A DNA stretch of 64,000 nucleotides from Eledone cirrhosa (GCA_964016885.1 OZ024740.1:338954001-339018000), one strand, 5' to 3'; shown: positions 47,850-62,954, counted from the first letter of the stretch. Notes: generated from the sequence alone by a model not told the origin. A program made the numbers and translations.

Positions 47850-50359
47850 GTTCATGGAGCTAGCAATACTCCTCCCAACAAGAGGCGAAACTGTCCTGGA
47901 CCTCTGTTTTACAAACAACGAAGTGCTCATCCACAATGTAAAGGTGACACCAACAATTCTCTCGGATCATAACTTAGTAGAGCTAATGATATGTGGTCCA
48001 AGTGAATCAACAGAGACAAAACCACCAAGAAGCTCCGGGACGCTATCCAGCCTTAACTTCTACAAGGCTAACTGGAAAAAGATTAAGAGAGAAATCCGGA
48101 AGCAAACATGGAGTGAAAACACCGCCACACAAGACACTAACACACAATTTCAACACTTCCTGACAACGATACACACTATATGCAAAAAGTTTGTCCCGGA
48201 GAAAGAGGCAAACAGACACAGAAATCTTATTCCCAGAGATAGGAAAATACTTATGAGACATAGAACTAAAATCTCAAACCAGTTGAATAGTCAACAAAAC
48301 AAAAACAAGAAGGAATCCTATATGAAACGTGCACTACTTGACACCGAGATTGCACTCAAACTTTCCCATGAGAATGAGAGGGCAAAGAAAGAGAACAGGG
48401 CCATAGAAAACATTAAAACAAACCCTAAGACCTTCTTTGGATTTGCAAAGGAGACTGCCTCAGTACACTGCAAGATTGGGCCACTCTTCCATACGGACGG
48501 TTCATTAACCGAAAACCCCCAAGAGATATGTGAAATACTGAACGAACAGTACAAAAGTGTGTTCACATGTCCACTGAGGCACATGCAAATAACGAAGCCA
48601 GAGGAGTTCTTTGATGCCACAACACTACATGAAGAAATGGCAACCATCAACCACATAGACATAACGGAGGAGGATGTGGTGTACGCCATTGATGAAATTA
48701 GAACAGACTCGGCTGCTGGACCTGATGGATTCCCAGCAGTTCTCTTAAAAACATGTAAGCGGGCCTTAGCAACTCCACTGAAGATGCTCTTCAGAAACTC
48801 CTTGACTAGCGGTGTACTACCCAGGGAGCTGAAAGAAGGCACAATATGCCCTATCCATAAAGGAGGTAGCAGAGCGGAGGCCAAAAATTATAGGCCAGTC
48901 TCCCTGACGTCGCATATCAGTAAGGTCATGGAGCGAGTCGTCAGAAAGAAACTCGTCACTTTCCTCGAGGAAAATGACCGCCTGACGAGCACGCAACATG
49001 GCTTCCGCCCAGGAAGAAGCTGCCTTACACAGCTGCTACATCACTACGACTGGGTACTGAGACAACTACTAGACAGCTCACATGTGGACGTGATATCTTG
49101 ACTTTGCGAAGTCCTTTGACAAGGTTGACCACGGAATGATATGTCACAAACTACACGGACTCGGCATAACTGGAAAAGTAGGTGAGTGGCTGCATGGCTT
49201 CCTAAGGGATAGAAGCCAGGCAGTCGCAGCAAATGGGGCCCTCTCAAAGGAGACACCAATAACAAGTGGGGTGCCCCAGGTGACAGTCCTGAGACCACTA
49301 CTGTTTTTGGTGGTTCTCTCAAACATGCCCTCTGTAGTACATACAACAACATCCCTCACTAGCTATGCTGATGACACTAAGGTAACACAGGCAATCAAAA
49401 ACCCGGCTGACGCTGCCCTTTTACAGCAGGATCTGGATGCCATATACAAATGGGCGGAAGAAAACAACATGCAGTTTAATGCTGGCAAATTCCAAGCCCT
49501 ACAATACAAACCTCCAAACCCGCCTGCAAACACAAATATAGTGGAACACAACTACACAGGACCAGGAGGGACTGATATCCCCGTGTCAAAATCGATACGA
49601 GACCTGGGCATAGACATGAGCGATGATGCATCTTTTTCTTCACACATCATGAAAGTGGCGACAATGTGCAGACGACTCGCTGGCTGGATCTTGAGGACTC
49701 CCGGACAAGAGATCGAGACACCATGTTGACACTATGGAGGACATTTGTCCTAAGCCGCCTGGACTACTGCTCCCAGTTGTGATCACCCCATAGTGTCAAA
49801 CTAACCACGGAGCTTGAGGCAATCCAGCGAAGCTACACCAAGAGGATTGCCAAGATGAGGGAGATAAGCTACTGGGAGAGGCTAAAAGAACTGAACCTTT
49901 ACTCCTTGGAGCGAAGACGGGAGAGATACGCAGTGATCTACATCTGGAAAATCCTGGAGGGACTAGCACCAAGCTTTGGCATTGGGAGCTGGACCAACCG
50001 TCGAACAGGACGTCACTGTGTGGTGCCAAAGGTCCCGTCTTCCACATCTAGAATAAGGACCAGGTATTGCAATAGCCTGGGATTCAAGGGCCCTCATCTC
50101 TTCAACAGGCTGCCGAGGGATCTGAGAGACTTGCATGACGTGGAGGTGGATGTCTTCAAGAAACATCTCGAAACCTTGTTATCCAGGATCCCGGATGAGC
50201 CCACAGCAAGACACGAGGGAAACCTAAGGGCAGCAGCAACAAACTGCCTCTTACACCAGTGGCCAACCTATACAAGCTGGAGATAAAATGTGTAGCAACA
50301 AGGGCGGTGCCCCAGCATGACCTCAGCCGGATGGCTGAAACAGATAAAAAAAAAAAAAA
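47850..50359 (+). mobile_element. CR1-group LINE, 5'-truncated, degenerate RT, poly(A) tail
   Basis: LDLCF, LSDH, GPDG, YRPVSLTS, QHGFRPGRSC, SGVPQ, YADDTK, RDLG, ERRRERY; A-run at ~50346-50359. Confidence 0.92.
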
Positions 50360-51130
50360 GACTATATAAATATATATATATATATATATAATTTAATACA
50401 ATAACAGAGAAAGCTTTAAGCTAAACTCTGACTGGCTACCATCTCACTCAACAAACATTAGGATATACCTTAGTATAATCCCAATTTTGTGTTTGGGGTG
50501 CTAACTATATGTATTTTGTGGAAAGCCAGTTGTATTATTTTATATGAGATATAATTAAAATTAAAATATATCTCTCTTTCCAAACAATTGTTTCATTATA
50601 AGTTTTCTACAAGTTGGGAGATTGTTTCCGGTTTATGTAGAAGCCTACATCATTTTCTGTAAGAACATATGCAGGTGGGCACTTATAAATCATCAGTGGA
50701 TGCCCTTCAAACTTTGATATAAGAAAAAAATTCTTACCGCAGTTATTTTTCGTGTCAGCTAAGTCTTCCCTTCACGCATCATAATGACCGCCAAATTTGA
50801 AATTCCAGCAGTCCTAGACTGAGGAATTTCACAGCGTCACGAAGCGGAAAAGGGAGGCAATCGCGAAACACAAGAAAGTAAAATAATATACACGTGGGTT
50901 AATTAGTTTTTTTAAAAACAATTTTAATCATGCGTGTTAAGAACTCAATTAATTTTTAAAAAATAAATGTATGCATGTATTAATTACACACGCATATAGA
51001 TATTTTCTTAGGCTAAAAACAGAGATGTGATACCAAAATAACAAACAGTATTTCATAACAATAATGAATACGGAAAGTTACGCTTAAAAGGTATCTGGAA
51101 ATATAATTCTCTGGCCAAATCAAGAGTAAA

Positions 51131-51209
<79 letters not shown>

Positions 51210-51210
51210 T

Positions 51211-51341
<131 letters not shown>

Positions 51342-51355
51342 AATGTATATATATA

Positions 51356-51927
51356 TAAGTTGAAAGATAATGAAAACGAAATTTCATTTCTCACTCTTAG
51401 TATGGCACTTACTTAAATGTAAGTATGTATGTATACGTACATACATATATGTATACAGACGTACAGTAGCATGCATATATATATATATACATACAGGTAC
51501 ACATACATATATGCACGCATCAGTTTAGCGGACGCTTATTATAACGCCGCTTTGTTCGTTTGTCAAGAAACTGAACAGCCTGAATTTATGCCATACGGTG
51601 TTAAGGCAACCACATCACCTTTTTGTTCAACACTGACACAGGAACGATGTACTAGTTTCAAGTTTCAAGCTTGTTAGCAATCATCGGCACCGTTTACCCA
51701 TCTGCCAGATAGTTGAACGTTCGAAAGTATATACTTTCCTTATGAAAATTAACGGCTGAGCTGCCTAATTTGCATATTGAGTGAGTTAAATCGGTCAGGC
51801 ATACCGAAAACGATAAGTTGAAAAAAATGAAAACGAAATTTCATTTCTCACTCTTAGTATGGCACTTACTTAAATGTAAGTATGTATGTATACTACATAC
51901 ATATATGTATACAGACGTACAGTAGCA

Positions 51928-52015
<88 letters not shown>

Positions 52016-52450
52016 CAGGTACACATACATATATGCACGCGTCAGTTTAGCGGACGCTTATTATAACGCCGCTTTGTTCGTTTGTAAACAAACTGAACAG
52101 CCTGAATTTATGCCATACAGTGTTGAGGCAACCACGTCACCTTTTTGTTCAACACTGACACAGGAACGATGTACTAGTTTCAAGCTCGTTAGCTATCATC
52201 AGCACCGTATACCCATCTGCCAGATAGTGGAACGTTCGAAAGTATATACTTTCCTTATGAAAATTAACGGCTGAGCAGCCTAATTTGCATATTGAGTGAG
52301 TTAAATCGGTCAGGCATACCGAAAACGATAAGCTGAAACAAATGAAAACGAAATTTCATTTCTCACTCTTAGTATGGCACTTACTTAAATGTAAGTATGT
52401 ATGTATACGTACATACATATATGTATACAGACGTACAGTAGCATGCATAT

Positions 52451-52545
<95 letters not shown>

Positions 52546-53508
52546 CAGGTACACATACATATATGCACGCATCAGTTTAGCGGACGCTTATTATAACGCC
52601 GCTTTGTTCGTTTGTAAACAAACTGAACAGCCTGAATTTATGCAATACGGTGTTAAGGCAACCACGTCACCTTTTTGTTCAACACTGACACAGGAACTAT
52701 GTACTAGTTTCAAGCTTGTTAGCTATCATCAGCACCGTATACCCATCTGCCAGATAGTTGAACTCACTCAATATGCAAATTAGGCTGCTCAGCCGTTAAT
52801 TTTCATAAGGAAAGTATATACTTTCGAACGTTCAACTATCTGGCAGATGGGTATACGGTGCTGATGATAGCTAACAAGCTTGAAACTAGTACATCGTTCC
52901 TGTGTCAGTGTTGAACAAAAAGGTGACGTGGTTGCCTTAACACCGTATGGCATAAATTCAGGCTGTTCAGTTTGTTTACAAACGAACAAAGCGGCGTTAT
53001 AATAAGCGTCTGCCAAACTGATGCGTGCATATATGTATGTGTACCTGTATGTATATATATATATATATGTATATATGCATGCTACTGTACGTCTGTATAC
53101 ATATATGTATGTACGTATACATACATACTTACATTTAAGTAAGTGCCATACTAAGAGTGAGAAATGAAATTTCGTTTTCATTTTTTTCAACTTATCGTTT
53201 TCGGTATGCCTGACCGATTTAACTCACTCAATATGCAAATTAGGCTGCTCAGCCGTTAATTTTCATAAGGAAAGTATATACTTTCGAACGTTCAACTATC
53301 TGACAGATGGGTATACGGTGCTGATGATAGCTAACAAGCTTGAAACTAGTACATCGTTCCTGTGTCAGTGTTGACCAAAAAGGTGACGGCGTTGCCTTAA
53401 CACCGTATGGCATAAATTTCAGGCTGTTCAGTTTGTTTACAAACGAACAAAGCGGCGTTATAATAAGCGTCCGCTAAACTGATGCGTGCATATATCTATG
53501 TGTACCTG

Positions 53509-53567
<59 letters not shown>

Positions 53568-53625
53568 GCATGCTACTGTACGTCTGTATACATATATGTA
53601 TGTACGTATACATACATACTTACAT
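51356..53625. mobile_element. ~460-nt tandem array with internal (TA)n and one HHR per unit; ~3 minus units, inversion at ~52763, ~2 plus units (family L)
   Basis: ACGGTG-CTGATGA-TAGCTAACAAGCTT-GAAA-CTAG-TA-CATCGT at +52855-52897, +53315-53357, -52166-52208, -52696-52738; mutated copy at ~51644. Confidence 0.88.
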
Positions 53626-53636
53626 ATATATATATT

Positions 53637-53693
<57 letters not shown>

Positions 53694-53708
53694 ATACATA
53701 TATATTTA

Positions 53709-53741
<33 letters not shown>

Positions 53742-53745
53742 TTAA

Positions 53746-53804
<59 letters not shown>

Positions 53805-53895
53805 ACGAAGGAAATGTGGTAAGGAACCAGATGGACCATAACACAACAAAGTACTCAATACTTAGGGTAGTAGAGTGGGCAATAGGAACGAGTAG

Positions 53896-53996
53896 GACCC
53901 CGACGGCTGAGCTCAAGCCGTTTCGACGGCTAATTCTGGAGTAAATGAACATTTTTATCCCGGTACATGAATAAATAGCCGAGCTTCTCAGGGGGT
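53896..53996 (-). ncRNA. Complete family D hammerhead (core CTGAGAA, ~58-nt stem II)
   Basis: rc: ACCCC-CTGAGAA-GCTCGGCTA..TAGCCGTC-GAAA-CGGCT(TGAGCTC)AGCCG-TC-GGGGT. Confidence 0.65.
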
Positions 53997-54490
53997 AATC
54001 CATATATGGTAAAAGTGATTGTCACAAGGATTGGTCAAAAGTTTGTTGTTGAGACACATAATTATATCATGGCATTTTGTGGTAGGAAGGGGAGCTGAAC
54101 TTGCCAGTAGAAGAAAGAGGGGGGAGGGAGTGGAGGAAACCTAGTCGTGCGTTGAAAGTGACAACTACAGCAGAATCCTAAGGATAAGAGGTCAAGAGGA
54201 TGAGGAGGTAGAAAGTCGAAACAATAACTAAATCTATACCGTAAAAATATACCGTTTCCTCTCCCAATTAGCAAACTTAACCATATAAAAAATCAATTAG
54301 ACCAAGCTATAAGAATAAAGGCTCATATGAAGAAATCTCCGACAAATAACCGAAAGCAGCCCTTCGCGGCTGTTGCGACGGAGTATTTATCGAGTATTTT
54401 GACAGCGTGTATAAATCGACCAGATATACAGTCAACTAAATAGAATTAGGTGTAAAATAAACTAGAAGAAAAGTGAACATATTTAGTTAC

Positions 54491-54564
54491 CTCTACCATG
54501 GTTTCGTCCGCATTTTAAGATATCCGATAACATTGGAAATCTAGAGCACCGGATTCTTCAGGAG
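54491..54564 (-). ncRNA. Hammerhead ribozyme with 49-nt stem II (family J)
   Basis: rc: CTC-CTGAAGA-ATCCG..CGGAC-GAAA-CCATGG-TA-GAG. Confidence 0.7.
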
Positions 54565-54766
54565 TTAGCTCAAATTTAGACAATTAATTTTCCAAAGTGA
54601 TCGCGCCATGAATACATTAAAAAATGGCTAAGAATCGTGGCGTGGCAGCGGTCAAGTTAGAAAGGATGTGATTAGTTGCTTACGGCTGGTAGGCTTTTTG
54701 CTAGAAAGCGCAGCCCAATACAGCCAAAATTGTATCTCAACCTAACGGGAGATTATTACATATAAA

Positions 54767-54928
<162 letters not shown>

Positions 54929-55130
54929 GCAACGGGTCACTTTGTGGCTCAATGAAGAGTTAATAAATTAAATAATCAGAGCTATATATCATAAAACATG
55001 TCTATAGAATCACCAGATAAAATATATACCGTTTCCTCTCCCAATTAGCATAATTAACCATATAAAAATCAATTAGACCAAGCTATAAGAATAAAGGCTC
55101 CTATGAATATAAATATATATATATATAAAT

Positions 55131-55161
<31 letters not shown>

Positions 55162-55175
55162 AATATATATATATA

Positions 55176-55207
<32 letters not shown>

Positions 55208-55274
55208 AATATATATATATATAAATATATATATATATAAATATATATATATATAAATATATATATATATAAAT

Positions 55275-56765
55275 ATAAATAAAATAACAGGAGGCTGGAC
55301 TGGCGTAAATCCTTGAAAGGTTTATTATACTATGATCATTTCAATGACCGGGTTCCATATGAATCCGGTGATATCATCAGGTATTGGAATATAACAAAGG
55401 AATATGATAAAAAACCATGGGTCCGAAAAAATCAAAGGCAAAGAGGACGACTGACCAACTAGCTGCTTTCACCTCGGTCAGTCGCCCTCAAAGTGATGGC
55501 AACTCAATCTACTAATAACCATCTGGTGAGGGAGCGAAGGCTTATAATGCACTACCACCTCTCTGTCAAAGAAAAAGGGGAAGAAAGAAAGAAAGGAAGA
55601 AAGAAGAAAAAAAGGAAGAAAGAAGTCAGCGTAAGTGTCACACTACAGTCATGCTAGAAAATGCCGCGAAAAATGCTACTCCAAAGAATCTATATTCAAC
55701 AAAGGCATATATAGTGGGTGTCTGTATGGTCTAATGTGTGAACCGAAAAATTGGAACGTTAAACTTATTTTACGAGTTATAGTATGAAATTAAATTAAAA
55801 AATATTAAATTGCAAAATGATAAATTGAAAAATAAATTATTAGAAAATTAAAGGTTAAGGTAGCGAGATTTATTTAATGAACGTACAGAGAGAGTCTTAT
55901 ATGAAAAAATTAATCTCGATAAGATATCAAGATGGGATATAGAGTAAAGATTTCGATTGCGAATCCCAGCCAGCACCTCCTAACCATGAGTCAGCCAGTT
56001 TCGAGGGGTATCGTCCAGCGAAAGAAATGGAAATTAATTTTTCCGCGTACTCTAGGAACGTAGCTACCTTAGGCCCCGGAAGTGCTAGCGGGAAGTCTAC
56101 AATTTCGACAGGCCATCGTGTTTACCAAACGAATATTATTAATTCACATAGGAGGGGTTTATTTACGTGCCAGTATAGGCATGATACAGCTAACAGTTAT
56201 GCCTAAACCTGGAGTTTATAGGTATAAGAATAATATGGCGGCGAAAACAGGCGGCGCGGTGGGACCGGGGCAAAGCACCCCGCTCCGAGTAATTTCGTTT
56301 ACCGAAAGAGGGGAAATTTATTTTTCCAAGCACTCAAGGAAGGCTGAACTTTCCGAGTGCCCAGCGCGCAGCCGAGAAAAGCCACCACACAAGTCGAAGG
56401 TAGCAACCCAATGAAAAGTGCAAATAGACCATAATTATTTTAAAGTCCCAGTTAGTCCGGGTTATAAGTAGTGTGGTTCTTTGGTGGGTAGGGGCTATGA
56501 AAGGTGCATAATGACCTGAGTAAGGAAAGTTACAAAAAAATAATAAAAGCAGGATACAAAGATGAAATACAAAGATAAAGATAAAATACAAAAATAAAGA
56601 ATAGTTTTTTACATATTCCTTTGTTATATTCCAATACCTAATGATATCACCGGATTCATATGGAACCCGGTCATTGAAATGATCATAGTATAATAAACCT
56701 TTCATAGAATAATAAACCTTTCAAGGATTTACACCAGTCCAGCCTCCTGTTATTTTATTTATAAT
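55275..56765. mobile_element. Non-coding element with ~130-bp inverted HHR-bearing repeats (family K; -55327-55384, +56634-56691)
   Basis: ATAC-CTGATGA-TATCACCGG..CCGGTCATT-GAAA-TGATCA-TA-GTAT; the plus copy has CTAATGA. Confidence 0.75.
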
Positions 56766-57010
56766 TAACTCCGTATTCGCACCACCAGCTACACAAACAA
56801 AGACGGGTGAACTGCACTACGTTGATTACTCTCCACAATATTACACCAAGAATGACCATACGGAATGACCAATTCTATCCAGTGGTGAACCAACAAACCT
56901 AAAGAAATATATATAAATATATATATATATATGAATATATATATATATATAAATATATATATATATATGAATATATATATATATATAAATATATATATAT
57001 ATATGAATAT

Positions 57011-57063
<53 letters not shown>

Positions 57064-57081
57064 AATATATATGTATATATA

Positions 57082-57114
<33 letters not shown>

Positions 57115-57115
57115 T

Positions 57116-57149
<34 letters not shown>

Positions 57150-57226
57150 AATATATATATATATTAATATATCATTTTCGAAGGGTATAAATATATATAT
57201 ATATATAAATATAAATATATATAAAT

Positions 57227-57265
<39 letters not shown>

Positions 57266-57269
57266 AATA

Positions 57270-57307
<38 letters not shown>

Positions 57308-57346
57308 TATATGTATAAATATAAATATATATATATAAATATAAAT

Positions 57347-57392
<46 letters not shown>

Positions 57393-57536
57393 ATATATAT
57401 TTATATTTATATATATATATTTATATATATATATAAATATATTAAAGTGTTAAACAATATTCAATGATTATGTCAAATAATGAGTTTTACAGTAGATTGG
57501 AAGCACTCAACGGTTAAAATAATTTGTTGGAGTTAT

Positions 57537-57573
<37 letters not shown>

Positions 57574-57665
57574 AATATATATATATAAATATATATATAT
57601 ATAAATATATATATATATAAATATATATATATATAAATATATATATATATAAATATATATATATA

Positions 57666-57706
<41 letters not shown>

Positions 57707-57712
<6 letters not shown>

Positions 57713-59283
57713 TAAAATAACAGATTAAAGTTTAAGCAAAGAATCGCTGCTTTCACCCTTAACGGGATCTTCTGAAACTAACAAAGTCAATCTGTAAACG
57801 CAGAACTGGATATTTCAAAAAACGTTGCAACCGGAGGAAGACAGGAAGACGATACTTTGGTTCGTGGTAACGTTCGCTGGCAAAGAACGGGAAAAACGAA
57901 TAATACGTCATTAATAGGAGCGGTGAAAAACAATTACGCGCAAAGACAAAACCACGCTTATGGTATAAAAGAGGTCGTAGACTAAAAAACGAAGATAATA
58001 AGTCATATGTGGAGCGTGGAGAACAATAGCACGCAAAGACAAACCCACGTAAATGGTATAGCAGAAATCGTAGACTAAAATTCTAACTAGGAGACCAAAT
58101 GAATCTCCGCTACAGAGTTAAGAACAAAGTAAATAAATACAATACAGAAGTAATAGGAACAAATAAATACATACACGCAAACAGATACGTACATACACAA
58201 GCATACGCAAAACCTTACCATGGGTATACAAAACCACGCACATATAAATATGTGTGTGTGTGTATGCTTGTGTACAAATAAATAAATAATTATATAAACG
58301 TATATAAGTAAATAAATACGTATATAACAAGCGCACACGCATACCTACATATAAATACACGAATATTTGGAGACGTAAGTCAACTAAAACAAGAAGTACA
58401 CATATACACACACCCACCATACGTACGAACCTGCACACTCACGCGGACGCAAAACTCCCGTATACACATAGCCAAACCCTAAATACCAGAATATGTAAAT
58501 ATTATACGCTATAACAGTCAAATATACGTACGAGAAGGTATACATACCTTCACAAAACATACGGGTAATATATACTTACCTATGCAAATACGTAAAGGAA
58601 TAAACAAAACATATACTTAGCTCCCACATCAAGACGTAAAATATCAACGTATAGATCGTGCTATCCGTTAGGGTATAACGTGGGGCTGTAATACAGGAAA
58701 GTTTTGTGCAATTTATGTTTACAAGCCGAAATTGCCTCAGATTTTTTGTTTAAGATGTGGTCTGTAGCGTAGTTAGAATTTTAGTCTACGATTTCTGCTA
58801 TACCATTTACGTGGGTTTGTCTTTGCGTGCTATTGTTCTCCACGCCCCACATATGACTTATTATCTTCGTTTTTTCGTTCATTGCCAGAGAACGTCTCTA
58901 TGCACCACCTAAGAGAACATTAGTCTACGACCTCTTTTATACCATAAACGTGGTTTTGTCTTTGCGCGTAATTGTTTTTCACCGCTCCTATTAATGACGT
59001 ATTATTCGTTTTTTCCCGTTCTTTGCTAGCGAACGTTACCACGAACCAAAGTATCGTCTTCCTGTCTTCCTCCGGTTGCAACGTTTTTTGAAATATCCAG
59101 TTCTGCGTTTACAGATTGACTTTGTTAGTTTCAGAAGATCCCGTTAAGGGTGAAAGCAGCGATTCTTTGCTTAAACTTTAATCTGTTATTATAATAAATA
59201 TTTGCTCTACGGTTCTTATATATTTGATATATATTTTCCTTATCGAGCCCTCTTTGGATTTTAGTCTTCAATTTTATTATTAT

Positions 59284-59288
<5 letters not shown>
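57707..59288. mobile_element. Family M PLE 3' end (minus, 57707-58760) fused to an inverted pLTR (58775-59288); HHRs -57729-57779 and +59127-59177
   Basis: Long inverted match; 58660-58760 encodes ILNKKSEAISACKHKLHKTF; AGTTT-CAGAAGA-TCCCGTTAAGGGT-GAAA-GCA..TGC-TT-AAACT. Confidence 0.85.
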
Positions 59289-59382
<94 letters not shown>

Positions 59383-59391
59383 TATATACAT

Positions 59392-60495
59392 ATTAAAATA
59401 TAAGTATTTATAAAATAGATGTTCTTTTGATCAATTACATTTTATTATACATATTTCGGATGTACAACAGCACGTCCTCATCAGACAAAATATAATGATA
59501 CATGACATACCCATGACATACCCTGAAATTTTTCTTATATACCCTATTTATGAGAAAATGCGAAAACTTAATAAATTCATTAGAGAATGTGTGAGTAAGG
59601 AAAAACGTTGCATACTGTAACAGTTCTAAAAGTTTTAAAGTGTATGATACTACGATATATCTAGGAAAACGTCTCATGAATCATAACAGCCAGTGATAGC
59701 CACTGGAACAGGATTTATAAGGAGTGAAAATAAAGAGGGGGGGGGGGTTATATATGCAGAAGGAGATTTTTTCCAAAAGTTAAACGGTTAAATTTGAAAA
59801 TATTTAATTTATAATATTAGGGTGAAGACTCCAGATTTCAGGATTATTTGCTGGTTATTTATATATTATTTTTATAAATTCGATAAGTGTGTTATCATTT
59901 ATGAATTTTATGAGGGTAACATTTAAAGGATTTAGCTGGCACATAAAGATTGAAATATTATACTGTTGATTATTTACCTAAATTCAAACTTTAACAAATA
60001 TACCAACATATTAGGTATGTAAAGCTTTTGAAGTACTTATTGTTATACATATTTAAATAACTATTATGTATATAGGTATATATTAATGAGCCAGTATGTT
60101 TAAAGTAAATAATAACTAGGAAGATAAAAATAAAATAAGATAATAGATTGAAGGATGTTAAGGATAAATATATACCTATGTATAACTGGGTGTAAATGCA
60201 CTAATTATCCTTCAACCAAGATATCAACATATTATTCGATACAGGGATGTATATATATAGATATATATTAGGTATTATTAGTGTAGTATACTTAAGGTAA
60301 ATGATAACCATTATAATTTTATAAAGTAGAGTTCAACGTGTTACATTTAAATACATATATATATAAGAAAAACAACAATGAGTGTATGGATAATTCAGAG
60401 TTCAAAATAATGTCTGTAATAATTTTTAGTTTGGATATTTTCTCTATATTTGAATCATATATATAGAAGTGTGGTAGGTATATTTAAAAATATTT
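59392..60495 (-). mobile_element. Family A PLE 3' UTR copy (no SINE insert)
   Basis: Paralog of 15340-16670. Confidence 0.85.
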
Positions 60496-61027
60496 AAATA
60501 TACATTTTATTTACGGTGGTCAAACACAACAATAGAGAATTAAATACAGTTAACGAAAATATAATAGAATTCTTTAAAACGTACGACCTTAAATTAGAAA
60601 TAGAAAATGGTACCAAAATATACATATGTATCTGTATGTCTCTTTTGTTGGAAAGGTGGTCAATCATGTGTACAAACATTGAAAAATGCTCCATCCTAGG
60701 TTTGGATGAAACAATTGTAAGTTAATAAATGCTTTGAACATAGCTTTGATTCTTTTGAATTCTACTCTGTAGAATAACTGATGTTATTTATCTTACTGGT
60801 GTTATTTATCTTACTGATGTTATTTATCTTACTGGTAATAAGGTAGTAATTAATTACTGACCTTCACTGTTTAGGGTTGAAAATATATAGAACTATCAAA
60901 AGTTTTAGTATATACATAACCATAAATAGCATCCTTAATATTAAATATATATATATATATACATATAAATATATATATACATAAATATATAAATATATAT
61001 AAATATATATATATATATAAATATATA

Positions 61028-61063
<36 letters not shown>

Positions 61064-61136
61064 TATAAATATATAAATATATATATATAAATATATAATT
61101 ATATAAATATATAAATATATAGATATATATAAATAT

Positions 61137-61167
<31 letters not shown>

Positions 61168-61190
61168 AATATATATATATAAATATAAAT

Positions 61191-61239
<49 letters not shown>

Positions 61240-61413
61240 AATATATATATATATAAATATATATAAATGTATAAATATAGATATAAATATATAAATATAT
61301 AAATATATATATATATAAATATATATATATATAAATATATATATAAATATATATATAAATATATATATATATAAATATATATTTATATATATATATATAT
61401 ATATATAAATATA

Positions 61414-61457
<44 letters not shown>

Positions 61458-61507
61458 TATAAATATATAAATATATATATATAAATATATAATTATATAA
61501 ATATATA

Positions 61508-61559
<52 letters not shown>

Positions 61560-61582
61560 AATATATATATATAAATATAAAT

Positions 61583-61633
<51 letters not shown>

Positions 61634-61836
61634 AATATATATATATATAAATATATATATATATAAACATATATATAAATATATATATATATAAATATAT
61701 ATTTATATATATATATATATATAAATATATATTTATATATATATATATATATATATATAAATATATAAATATATAAATATATATATATAAATATATAATT
61801 ATATAAATATATAAATATATAGATATATATAAATAT

Positions 61837-61885
<49 letters not shown>

Positions 61886-61890
61886 TAAAT

Positions 61891-61941
<51 letters not shown>

Positions 61942-61990
61942 AATATATATAAATGTATAAATATAGATATAAATATATAAATATATAAAT

Positions 61991-62025
<35 letters not shown>

Positions 62026-62059
62026 AATATATATATAAATATATATATATATATAAATA

Positions 62060-62705
62060 TGTTGAACAAACAGGTGACGTGGTTGCCTAAACACTGCAGG
62101 GCGTAATTCGGGCTGTTTGTTTGTTTACAAACAAACCGAGCATTATAATAAATGTTCGGTAAGCCGATACGTGCATATATATATGTGCATGTATGTATAT
62201 ATATACATACTACTGTACGTCTGTATACATATATGTATGTACGTATACATACATACTTGCATTTAAGTAAGTGCCGTACTAAGAGTGAGAAAGGACATTT
62301 CGTTTCATTCTATTCCATTTATAGTTTTCGGTGTGCCCAGCCGACTGAACTTACTCGATATGCAAATTAGGCTGCTCACCCGTTAATATGCATAAGGAAA
62401 GTATATACTTTCAGACGTTCAACCATCTGGCAGGAAGGTATACGATGCTGACGATAGCTAATAAGCTTGAAACTAGTACATTGTTCCTGTGTCAGTGTTG
62501 AACAAAAAGATGACGTGGTTGCCTAAACACTGTACGGCGTAATTCAGGCTGTTTGTTTGTTTACAAACAAACAAACCGATCATTATAATAAATGTTCGGT
62601 AAACCGATACGTGCATATATATGTGTGTGCATGTATGTATATATATGAATACTACTGTACGTCTTTATACATATATGTATGTACGTATACATACATACAT
62701 GCATA
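62060..62705 (+). mobile_element. Diverged family L tandem (436-nt period, ~1.4 units) with HHR at 62442-62484
   Basis: ACGATG-CTGACGA-TAGCTAATAAGCTT-GAAA-CTAG-TA-CATTGT. Confidence 0.8.
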
Positions 62706-62855
62706 TAAATATATAAATATATATATATATATATATAAATATATATATATATAAATATAAATATATATAAATATATATATATACATATACACATATATAT
62801 ATATATAAATATAAATATATATAAATATATATATATATACAAATATATAAATATA

Positions 62856-62907
<52 letters not shown>

Positions 62908-62954
62908 AATATATATATATATAAATATATAAATATAAATATATAAATATATAT

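Noticed and set aside
50605-50700. Minus-strand CTGATGA...GAAACAA..TTGTA
   Set aside because: Stem I does not pair; at best a degenerate HHR
56082-56414. 110-aa ORF inside the family K element
   Set aside because: Non-ATG start, no recognisable domain, and a length compatible with chance
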